Source: a virus
DNA length: 64,000 bases
Direction: 5' to 3' (one strand)
Virus record (IMG/VR): IMGVR_UViG_3300040856_003015
Coordinates: 10,893 to 74,892 of that record
Both the position numbers and the translations under genes were made by a program. This document shows, piece by piece, positions 35,565 through 44,130 of the stretch (position 1 is its first letter; each line of letters begins with the position of its first letter). A model generated the notes under the pieces. That model saw only the letters and a list, made by a program, of their open reading frames with translations, had not been told where the DNA came from and did not search any database.

Positions 35565-36877
35565 TCTTCCTTTATTTCAACCCCCTCACCAATTGTATTA
35601 TTATTCATGAGATAATTTTTAGATTTTGAGTTTTGAACCTGTACGAGAGGTTGATTAGGATCAAGATCTGCAGTATTATATGTAACTACTCTTGATCCAG
35701 GATAAACTTTTTGGACTTCGGCAGTAACTTCTTTTCTATTTGGCATTCTAACTTGTGGGAAGAATAATCTCATAGAGTAATATTTTCCCCTCCAAGATAT
35801 CACTACTGATATTATATTTCCATTTTGAGCTTGGAGGCGAACTGATTCACTGACATTTTTTTTCTTATACCCCTTTGCCTTTTTCACTCCCTTTTTAACT
35901 GGTACGCAATTTGGAACTTCTTTCCCATTCTTCATTTTCATACCAACTTGAGTATATCCTTTCCAACAAGGATTTTCTTCTTCAATAGAACCTGGCTTTA
36001 TCAGATCTATAAACTCTGCATAAACATTTCCATCACAATCTCTTACAATATTACTTTCATTTTTAGACTCAACTTTTTTTAATTTGCTATAATAATTTGG
36101 AACTTCATCTAAATGTTGTAGGGCAGTTATTCTTGCATCTTTTCTATTTGATGTATGCTCTAATTCAACTTTAATGCCCATTTCCAATTGATTTTTTATA
36201 ATATCTAAAGAAACTCCATGTTTTTGTGCTATTTCTTTAGGTGATTTATATGGTTGAACTGGACCTTTTGGGTCTTTTTCTTCACCCATTGGGCAGGACT
36301 CTTTATTATGCACTGGACAATATTTACCTTTTTTGGTATGATTACAAGATGATTCCTCCATCATCTTCTTAGATAAAGGTTTGCATACTTTATCTGTCTT
36401 GCACCAGTACATTCCCTTTCCACACTTTTCTTCACCAAGAATTTTTTCAACTAAAGAAACCTCCTCTTTATTAAATTTTGGGGGAAGACTAACCTTGGAC
36501 ACTTCTCTTTGCCTAAGTTTTTCTGCTTTGGGACCAAGAGCTTTTGCAGCTTCTGGTCCTAGTGCCTTTGCCCCAGTTCTTGGAGCAATTTGACTCCCTG
36601 TACTTGTTAAAATTTTAGTTCTAGGTATGCGATTACTTTTAGTATTTTCATCGATACTTTCATCGCTCTGAAGATATTCTGAAGCGGTATCAATGTAATC
36701 CGCAGCTTTAGTTATTTTAGATTGAACCCATGCTGGGAGTTGTTGATTTCCGGATTTAATTTGTTTCCTGAGATTTTTAATTGATCTCTCTATTGAATCT
36801 AATTCATTTCTAGCCATATATCCTTCATCATCTTTCTTTTTTCCTGAAGAAATTTCTTTATGATCTTCCCTAATCAT
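35552..36877 (-). CDS. Modular head-associated protein (putative internal polyprotein) with a DUF5661-like module
   Basis: Short modules separated by Glu-rich junctions; GIKVELEH...HLDEVPNYYSKL; CWKGY...PNCVP. Confidence 0.75.
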   Translation of the reverse strand: MIREDHKEISSGKKKDDEGYMARNELDSIERSIKNLRKQIKSGNQQLPAWVQSKITKAADYIDTASEYLQSDESIDENTKSNRIPRTKILTSTGSQIAPRTGAKALGPEAAKALGPKAEKLRQREVSKVSLPPKFNKEEVSLVEKILGEEKCGKGMYWCKTDKVCKPLSKKMMEESSCNHTKKGKYCPVHNKESCPMGEEKDPKGPVQPYKSPKEIAQKHGVSLDIIKNQLEMGIKVELEHTSNRKDARITALQHLDEVPNYYSKLKKVESKNESNIVRDCDGNVYAEFIDLIKPGSIEEENPCWKGYTQVGMKMKNGKEVPNCVPVKKGVKKAKGYKKKNVSESVRLQAQNGNIISVVISWRGKYYSMRLFFPQVRMPNRKEVTAEVQKVYPGSRVVTYNTADLDPNQPLVQVQNSKSKNYLMNNNTIGEGVEIKEEKKK

Positions 36878-36906
36878 GGTTATAATACTAGTCTTTATTT
36901 TATTTA

Positions 36907-37686
36907 TTAAAAACCAAGATTTTTAGATCGAACATAATCTAAATCATATGAAGTATATGTTATTGGAATATCTTCTTTTCCATATGGATTTTTTGTTGGA
37001 CTACAATATCTCCACTCATCACCCCATTTTTCATACATATATGAAAAATTTTCTTGATTAATTTGATCTAGTCTTTCTTTTAGTAATGGATCAGTTTTTG
37101 TTGTCTGACTTCCATGCTCATAATATTGATCTTTATTACCTAGTCCGTGGTAATAGTTACTTTCCAAAGACAAAATTTTCTTTATTGGTCTATGTATGAA
37201 TCTCATAATATAATCTGCATCTTCACAATATGCTGGATATAAATTTTCATCAAAAAGACCAAATTTTGATATAACCCAGTCTTTAATCAAAAAAAGATCC
37301 CAACTGCCAACTCCAAAATCTCCAGGATTGCCATGAATTAACCCAATTTCATTATCTTGAGCATAATCATACATTTCTTTTAAAAGTCCTATCCCAAAAG
37401 AAACGTCATCATTTACTATAATCCAATAAGGACAGTTCATATAACATTTTATAATTAAATTCCATGCACCAGAAACACCTATATTTCTAGGCAGATTACA
37501 AACGGTAATTTTTTTTATAAATTTATGATTAATTTTCTTTATTTTTTCTAGGTCATCATCTAATTCACCTTTTCCATTATTATTAATAATCACAAATTCA
37601 TCTACTGGATAATCAACACTCATAATTAATCTCATTACCCAGAATGAACTATTAACAACTGCTGTTCCAATAACAGGTATACTCAT
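36907..37686 (-). CDS. GT-A (family 2-like) glycosyltransferase
   Basis: VIINN, NIGVSGAWN, IVNDD, GLFDENLYPAYCEDADY. Confidence 0.85.
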   Translation of the reverse strand: MSIPVIGTAVVNSSFWVMRLIMSVDYPVDEFVIINNNGKGELDDDLEKIKKINHKFIKKITVCNLPRNIGVSGAWNLIIKCYMNCPYWIIVNDDVSFGIGLLKEMYDYAQDNEIGLIHGNPGDFGVGSWDLFLIKDWVISKFGLFDENLYPAYCEDADYIMRFIHRPIKKILSLESNYYHGLGNKDQYYEHGSQTTKTDPLLKERLDQINQENFSYMYEKWGDEWRYCSPTKNPYGKEDIPITYTSYDLDYVRSKNLGF

Positions 37687-38930
37687 AGTAATCCCAACAT
37701 ATAGTGCTCAGATTTTTTAACTTTATCACTAATACATGTCATCTTGTTTAAAATTTCTTTATCCACCAAATCTGGGTGAACCCACCAATCTTCGTAAGAT
37801 CTCCATTCATCTGGAGATATATTATTAACAACTCTCACGTACCCGTATGATTCTAAGTATTTTTTAGATTTTTCCTGGAATTGTTTTGTTTGATCACAAT
37901 AATAATCATGTTCATAAGTAATTACAGCAAATTTAAATTGTTCAAATGGGATACTAAGAAGTATTTTATAAGTTACATCTGGAGGATCACAATCTAATTG
38001 TAGATAGTCTATTTCATTATAAAAACCAAATCCTTGCAAAAAGTTTTCATAATTTATTCTAGTAGCATCTTTTAATAAACAAAGGTTTTTTCTTTCTTTT
38101 GAAAATATTTCTACAAATTTTTCATCAATATCTAAAGAAACTCCATCCCATCCAAATTCAGTCTCTAGAAGTGCAGTGTTATTTCCATAAAATGGATTTG
38201 CTGATCCAATTTCTAGATATTTTCCTCTTTTTTTGCCATTCAACATAGAGAGGACGAACATATCCTGATAAGATTCAGAATAATTTCTTTCAATTGACTC
38301 TAAACCTGGGAATTTGAACTTATAAGAATCATACTTAGATTTATTATAATTTGTTAATTCTCTAGAGGTAGATGTAATCTTACAAAGATTTTCTATAGAT
38401 TTCGATCTATATTCTTCATTAATATCTTTACTTTGTACTAACTCTATAAAAGTTTTTCTAGAATCGTCACATAGTCCACACCACCAACCAGATACTGCAC
38501 GCATGAATTTTAGACTAAAAAATCCGGGATAATCTAATTTTGTCCTCAGATTTTCGGAATTTGGGTCTGATACATCTAATCCTATGCTTGATATAAGATA
38601 ACACTCATGCCAATCAGATGTAAATTCGTAGAATCTACTCATATAAAAATATGCTTCAGGCCTTTTAGGGCATGTCGCTATAGCATGTTGTATTAATCCT
38701 TTTACAGTGAAGTTTCTAGATCCTTGTTTACTAAAGCATGTTGATGCACGCAGAAGACCCTCATATTTTAACAAATCATTATCTGTTCTTTCAGCAGACC
38801 TTAAATAATATGAAACTGCAGACGCTAACTGTCCAATATTATCATAATATAAGGCAAGGTCAAAATTTACTTCAGCATTATTTGGGTCAAAAACATATTT
38901 TTTTATTAATTCATTTATTTCAGTTTGCAT
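37683..38930 (-). CDS. TPR-repeat protein with a C-terminal FkbM-like SAM methyltransferase domain
   Basis: N-terminal TPR helices (PKRPEAYF); SESYQDMFV, YLEIGS, IDYLQLDCD, ITYEH. Confidence 0.75.
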   Translation of the reverse strand: MQTEINELIKKYVFDPNNAEVNFDLALYYDNIGQLASAVSYYLRSAERTDNDLLKYEGLLRASTCFSKQGSRNFTVKGLIQHAIATCPKRPEAYFYMSRFYEFTSDWHECYLISSIGLDVSDPNSENLRTKLDYPGFFSLKFMRAVSGWWCGLCDDSRKTFIELVQSKDINEEYRSKSIENLCKITSTSRELTNYNKSKYDSYKFKFPGLESIERNYSESYQDMFVLSMLNGKKRGKYLEIGSANPFYGNNTALLETEFGWDGVSLDIDEKFVEIFSKERKNLCLLKDATRINYENFLQGFGFYNEIDYLQLDCDPPDVTYKILLSIPFEQFKFAVITYEHDYYCDQTKQFQEKSKKYLESYGYVRVVNNISPDEWRSYEDWWVHPDLVDKEILNKMTCISDKVKKSEHYMLGLL

Positions 38931-39909
38931 AAAGAAATTCCTCTATTACTTTTTCTGGGGTTTTTAATAAGTATGCACAATTGTCTTGGAAACCAAAAGT
39001 TATTAAGAAATCGTTATTGTATTTTGCCATACCTATGCAAAATTCTACATGACCAGACATTATTGAAAAATCATTGGAATATTTTACCATATTCCAATTT
39101 TTATCCCATAAAATTAATCTATGTCTATAAATTGCATCTTTTCTACCCACTTCGCTATTAAATAAATCAACTTCATGAGTTATTGCGAGATAGTGATCAT
39201 TCCAAGAAACTACCTGAGATCCTCCTCTAAGGTCTCTAGGGAGACTTATATGGTCTGTTAAAACCTCTGTAGTACATATATTAGTTATTGGATCTACTTT
39301 TACCAACTCAGTAGGATTAGACCACTTAATGTAATGATATGGAATATCTAAAACAGGCATCCAATTTTTTTCACAATATGAATCTGGATATTTTGGTGGG
39401 GGAATTCTTAATCTAGAAACTTCTTCTACTGAATTATCTGTAACAATTATTTCAGAAAGTTCCATTCTTCCCTGACCATTTGTTGTAGTATCCCTCCTTA
39501 CACCAGATATATACAACTTTTCATCCCATTTAAAAATTCTAGCATCTTCTAGACCCACAAAATCCCACATAGGTTCGTATGTGTCAAATTTAGAAGTGTC
39601 TATCTTATTATATCTTACAACATTAAAATTGTTATCTAGTTCACAATAATAATTATCTGTCCTTAAGTACATATCATGCTCTGGATGAACATATGTCAGA
39701 GGACCATATTGATGCTGATATAATTTTTGTTCTGAATGATAAAATGTATAATTTACATGCCTAATATTTACTAAAATTTTTCCACCATCTATAAAAATAG
39801 ATGGATTCATTATACCAGTACCTGATGTTATATTACCAGGAATTATTAGTGGATGTATGTCTCCACCACATTCTAAAGATCTTCTAGAAAGAGAATATAA
39901 AAATTCCAT
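38920..39909 (-). CDS. Beta-propeller glycoside hydrolase/phosphorylase-like protein (GH130/DUF377-like)
   Basis: NPSI, GLEDARIF, EKNWMP, RGGS, EFCIGM. Confidence 0.7.
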   Translation of the reverse strand: MEFLYSLSRRSLECGGDIHPLIIPGNITSGTGIMNPSIFIDGGKILVNIRHVNYTFYHSEQKLYQHQYGPLTYVHPEHDMYLRTDNYYCELDNNFNVVRYNKIDTSKFDTYEPMWDFVGLEDARIFKWDEKLYISGVRRDTTTNGQGRMELSEIIVTDNSVEEVSRLRIPPPKYPDSYCEKNWMPVLDIPYHYIKWSNPTELVKVDPITNICTTEVLTDHISLPRDLRGGSQVVSWNDHYLAITHEVDLFNSEVGRKDAIYRHRLILWDKNWNMVKYSNDFSIMSGHVEFCIGMAKYNNDFLITFGFQDNCAYLLKTPEKVIEEFLYAN

Positions 39910-39924
39910 AATATAATTAAAATA

Positions 39925-40137
39925 TTAATTTTCTTGATCTGCTTTTTCTTCTGAGTCTAAATCTTCCGAAATATTTTCAATACTTACTCCAATTCCAGTA
40001 AGATATTCATAAATTCCTTGTAATTTTATAGAAATTTCTTTTTTTATTGATAATTGATTATTTAATTCTTTAATTTCTTTGTATAGTTGTTCTTGCTGCT
40101 CTATAACAGACTTTAAATGCTTTTGTTGCTCAGTCAT
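39925..40137 (-). CDS. Small coiled-coil hypothetical protein
   Basis: Heptad-rich 70-aa ORF inside the operon. Confidence 0.65.
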   Translation of the reverse strand: MTEQQKHLKSVIEQQEQLYKEIKELNNQLSIKKEISIKLQGIYEYLTGIGVSIENISEDLDSEEKADQEN

Positions 40138-40167
40138 TTTGCAATACTTTAATCAATAATAACTCAA

Positions 40168-40626
40168 CTATTTATTCATGTTAGAATCGGATTTAATTTG
40201 AGATTTTAAAAATTTAGATAATTCCGCTGTAGATCCAACAAATAATGCATTGGTTACATTAGTCTGGTTTGAGGTTTTACTCTTTTCCCCAGTTAAATCA
40301 TTAAGTTTTTTTTGAACATCTAATAATTTTTCTGTTGCATCAGTAACGCTTTTAATCAGTTGCCCTGCAACTTCATATGCTCTAGGTTGTTCAGTTTCTT
40401 GTGCTAATTCTAAAACTCCATTTAATGCTTCTTGCCCCCTTTCTATTATAGAATATAAATTACCTCTAGTATAATTGTAATCTTTTTCAAGATCACTATT
40501 TTGTTTAGTTACATTCATGGTATCATTTTTTACTATTTGTGTTTCAACTTTCTCAATATTTTCCATATTATTCTCAGCATAATCAGTATCAAAAATAGAA
40601 TTTAATTCTTCGAATTTATCTGCCAT
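40168..40626 (-). CDS. gp16: Terminase small subunit
   Basis: DYNYTRGNL, PRAYEVAGQL, FVGSTAEL. Confidence 0.93.
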   Translation of the reverse strand: MADKFEELNSIFDTDYAENNMENIEKVETQIVKNDTMNVTKQNSDLEKDYNYTRGNLYSIIERGQEALNGVLELAQETEQPRAYEVAGQLIKSVTDATEKLLDVQKKLNDLTGEKSKTSNQTNVTNALFVGSTAELSKFLKSQIKSDSNMNK

Positions 40627-40630
40627 TTAT

Positions 40631-41653
40631 CTAAAAATCTATACTGAATCCAAAATCATCACCAGGTTCTATCAATACATCATCTTCAATAGTAATTTTA
40701 AATATTTCTGATCCTAAAGTATGTAAAGTTGATTTTGTATTATATTGAGATCTTTCAACTACAATAGTATCATCTTCAGATGTATTAGGATTTAATTCAA
40801 TTTTTTTAATTAACATAGTTTCATTGTCGATTGTTACATAAGAATTAATTTCTAAAGAATCAGCACTATTAACCTTAAACCTTGTAGTATTCTCTAATAT
40901 GTCTTCTGCTATAATAGCACTAGCATTTCCAGTATAATTTTTAGTTGCTGTAGGTGTTATGGAATATACAAGTTCTCTATTTTTAGAACCAGGATCTCCA
41001 GATAAGTAACCAATCGAAACCTTTTTTATAATATCGTTTGAAATTCCCTTTGTGTTTATAGGTCCGAAAAGATATGCCTTTGCAGTAAATTTTAATGTAT
41101 AAATTAATGCTCTTCTTGTAGAAAAATCCCCTTCATAATCATCTTGCATACTAATATTATTTAAAGTTATTGGAATATCTCTTTTTTCCCCTATTTCTTC
41201 TAATACTTCTATAGAAACTGTATAGGATGGTTGAAAATATGGTAAAATCTGCTCAATAATTTGAAGCATATCATCATTATTCTTGCACATAATAGACAAT
41301 TCAAACTCAATATTATATGGAACTGGCATATATGTCTTTGTCACAACTTTAGAGTTCTCTAAAGATTTTGATCTAAAAGTTTGAGTTGTTGTTACTTTTC
41401 TGGAAGAGTCATATGTAAGACCTATTAATTCAAATGACATTCTAGGTAAGGTCATTTGAATTGGTCTATTTAAATCTGGAGATTGTTCTAGTCGTGCTAA
41501 AAATTTTTGAGTGGGTCCATATGATATTGGAACATCTATAATAGAAAAAGTATCTCCGGTAGAAGTTTTCTTCTTTATTTTTATATTATTAAATAAAGAT
41601 CCGAAAGATATAACAGTTTTTCTTATAATTTCGTGGTAAAAATACTCAAACAT
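40631..41653 (-). CDS. gp15: Tail sheath stabilizer / terminator
   Basis: YFYHEIIRK..FGSLFN, LPRMSFE, QIIEQILPYFQP. Confidence 0.94.
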   Translation of the reverse strand: MFEYFYHEIIRKTVISFGSLFNNIKIKKKTSTGDTFSIIDVPISYGPTQKFLARLEQSPDLNRPIQMTLPRMSFELIGLTYDSSRKVTTTQTFRSKSLENSKVVTKTYMPVPYNIEFELSIMCKNNDDMLQIIEQILPYFQPSYTVSIEVLEEIGEKRDIPITLNNISMQDDYEGDFSTRRALIYTLKFTAKAYLFGPINTKGISNDIIKKVSIGYLSGDPGSKNRELVYSITPTATKNYTGNASAIIAEDILENTTRFKVNSADSLEINSYVTIDNETMLIKKIELNPNTSEDDTIVVERSQYNTKSTLHTLGSEIFKITIEDDVLIEPGDDFGFSIDF

Positions 41654-41667
41654 TTTATTTGACCTTA

Positions 41668-43050
41668 TTATGGATTACCAAATGGATTACTCTCACTAAA
41701 ATCTACAATGTTATCAAATTCTTCTTGTATTTCACTATTATCTGCAAATCCATTACTAGTATCGTTACTATTTATTGATTTTATTTTATAAGATGCATTA
41801 GATTTATCTCCATAAACAACTTCAGATCCTAAAAATTCTCCACTCATTTGATATATTTGCATCTCTAAAGTACTTATATCCCATGATTTAACATATGCTG
41901 TAGAACCACTTATAGATCCAGTTATTTTTTCATTTTTTATAAATGATCCATTACCAATCAAAACTGGGTCGGATATTATTATTGTTGGTGCTTGTGTATA
42001 ACCTATTCCAGAACTAACTATTCTTATATCTGAAACTGATCCATTTTCATCTATAATTGCTCTTGCTTTTACTTCACCCTCTACTGGTTGTGGAGATATT
42101 ACGACATTTGGTTCAGATGCATACCCACTTCCGGGATTATTAACTGTTATTTTTTGTATAATTCCGTCCCCAATAGTTGCTATAGCATATGTTCCCGAAC
42201 CAGTATTACTGATGAAAGAAACTAAAGGTGCTACTGTGTAACCATAACCAGCGTTAACTATTTCAACTCCCTGAACCCTTAGTAAACTGGAATCTGGTTC
42301 GCAAAAATCTACTATATTTGAAATCATAGTAGCAATTCCTACTGCAGTAAGTCCTCCGTATGGTGGAGTTGAAAATTTAACTTCTGGAGGTGTCTTATAA
42401 CCACTACCTCTTCTTACAACTGTTACAGATTTAACTCCACCATTTACAATACTCGCAGTAGCAGTAGCAGTTGTCCCAGAACCAACTAATTTTAGCGTCT
42501 GGAAATAACCAACAGAATCTGATACATCATCTATTATATCTACACCAGTGTTTATAAATTCATCTTCATATCTGAATAATTCACATTTGAGTTCATATAC
42601 GTAATTTTTCATTAGTTGATAAAATGGTTTTTCATGCTCAACATATTTTATTTCAAAGATTCTATCGCCCAAAGGAAAATATATTAAATCGCCTTCTTTT
42701 GGTCTATCTATCAGTTTTGAACCTTGGATATTTTTTAACAGAGGTGCTATGTAAACTTCATATCTTTCTTTTGATATTGTTAATGTTAACTCATCAATAT
42801 CTTGAATACCAAATTTTGACATCAATGTTCCTTGTCCGCTATATCCTTCATAACTATTAACATATGCTTCAATAGGTACTGAAAAATTAAATTCCGATTG
42901 TATGACCTCTTTAATAACAGTATTTTCAGTTAAATATTGTCTCGGGATATAATATACATCTATCCCATACATTCTTATCTGTTCATTTATTAAATCCTGT
43001 ACTAAATTTTGTTCTCCTGGAGAACCTTGTAGAAAAAATGGATTTAACAT
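41668..43050 (-). CDS. gp14: Neck protein with inserted GSGY-repeat domains
   Basis: EQIRMYG, PKEGDLIYFP, DFSESNPFG. Confidence 0.93.
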   Translation of the reverse strand: MLNPFFLQGSPGEQNLVQDLINEQIRMYGIDVYYIPRQYLTENTVIKEVIQSEFNFSVPIEAYVNSYEGYSGQGTLMSKFGIQDIDELTLTISKERYEVYIAPLLKNIQGSKLIDRPKEGDLIYFPLGDRIFEIKYVEHEKPFYQLMKNYVYELKCELFRYEDEFINTGVDIIDDVSDSVGYFQTLKLVGSGTTATATASIVNGGVKSVTVVRRGSGYKTPPEVKFSTPPYGGLTAVGIATMISNIVDFCEPDSSLLRVQGVEIVNAGYGYTVAPLVSFISNTGSGTYAIATIGDGIIQKITVNNPGSGYASEPNVVISPQPVEGEVKARAIIDENGSVSDIRIVSSGIGYTQAPTIIISDPVLIGNGSFIKNEKITGSISGSTAYVKSWDISTLEMQIYQMSGEFLGSEVVYGDKSNASYKIKSINSNDTSNGFADNSEIQEEFDNIVDFSESNPFGNP

Positions 43051-43051
43051 A

Positions 43052-43882
43052 TTAACCTATCATGTCTAAAGGTGGTAATTCATAGTAAGAACTCATTTTA
43101 TCCATCAAAACATCAATTTCTCTTTGGGCATCATCATATATTTGTCTACCGTTTAATTCTATACCACCGGGTAATTTAACTCCACTAAATTTTATTAAAT
43201 TTTGTCCCCATTGTCTTTTTATTAGAGAAGTTAGATATTGTTTTAAAAAAGAATCATTCCAGACTTGTTCATTATCATTTGGATCTAATATTCTATAACA
43301 ATCAATTACTAAATATTGACCAACAGATAAAGATCCCCAATCAATATCCAAATAAAGTCTATCTTGCCTTTGATTAAATCTTATTTGTTTTTGTGTAGTT
43401 AATAAGAAATTAATATCTTCAAGATATGATTTTGTCATAGCATATGTAAGCAACTCAGTAGAACCCCAAAAATAAATATCATTTAAAAATAATTGATATT
43501 TTATACTAAACATTCCGCTAGATATACTATTTGATCCTTCAAATTGAAAAACTTTGTTGATTCCTATAACATGAGATGGTACTTGTATATAATTTGAATT
43601 TTCTGTAAAATTAAATGTAGTTGGAATACCACTAATATCCGCTGTTGCCGAAGAAGTTTCTATTCCAACTTTACCCCTACCTCTATCAATATCATCTTTT
43701 GTTATTTCATATTTTAAAAATGTTGGATATACTCCATTAAAATGCCTTTCTTGAAAAAATTGGATGGCATCATCAACCAAGTCATCTATTTGTTCTTCGG
43801 CAACATTAATTTCTAATACTGGATAACCAAGTTTCCTTAAACAGTAATCTACCAATTCTTTTTTTGATGATGGTTTTGCCAT
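43052..43882 (-). CDS. gp13: Neck protein
   Basis: YCLRKLGYPVLEIN, QWGQNLIKF, LPGGIELNG. Confidence 0.94.
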   Translation of the reverse strand: MAKPSSKKELVDYCLRKLGYPVLEINVAEEQIDDLVDDAIQFFQERHFNGVYPTFLKYEITKDDIDRGRGKVGIETSSATADISGIPTTFNFTENSNYIQVPSHVIGINKVFQFEGSNSISSGMFSIKYQLFLNDIYFWGSTELLTYAMTKSYLEDINFLLTTQKQIRFNQRQDRLYLDIDWGSLSVGQYLVIDCYRILDPNDNEQVWNDSFLKQYLTSLIKRQWGQNLIKFSGVKLPGGIELNGRQIYDDAQREIDVLMDKMSSYYELPPLDMIG

Positions 43883-43896
43883 TTTTTTAAAAAACC

Positions 43897-44130
43897 TTAT
43901 GTGTTAGAACTATTTACAATCATTTTTAATAGAGATTTTATTTCATCAATATCATCTTTTAATTTTGTAATTTCTAAACTAACATCATCAATTTTTTTGT
44001 CTTTTTTCAACATAGATTCTCTTTTTTTCAAATAATTTTGATATTCATCAAAGTTATTATTGATAATTGCATTAGTACTTTCATCTCTAAATAATCCCAC
44101 TCTATCTTTTACAGGTTTTAAATTTCTCAT
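43897..44130 (-). CDS. Small conserved coiled-coil protein
   Basis: LFRDESTNAIIN...IDEIKSLL; usual position after the VrlC-like gene. Confidence 0.75.
   Translation of the reverse strand: MRNLKPVKDRVGLFRDESTNAIINNNFDEYQNYLKKRESMLKKDKKIDDVSLEITKLKDDIDEIKSLLKMIVNSSNT

Noticed and set aside
35425-35610. 61-aa plus-strand ORF
   Set aside because: Antisense shadow of the frameshift extension.
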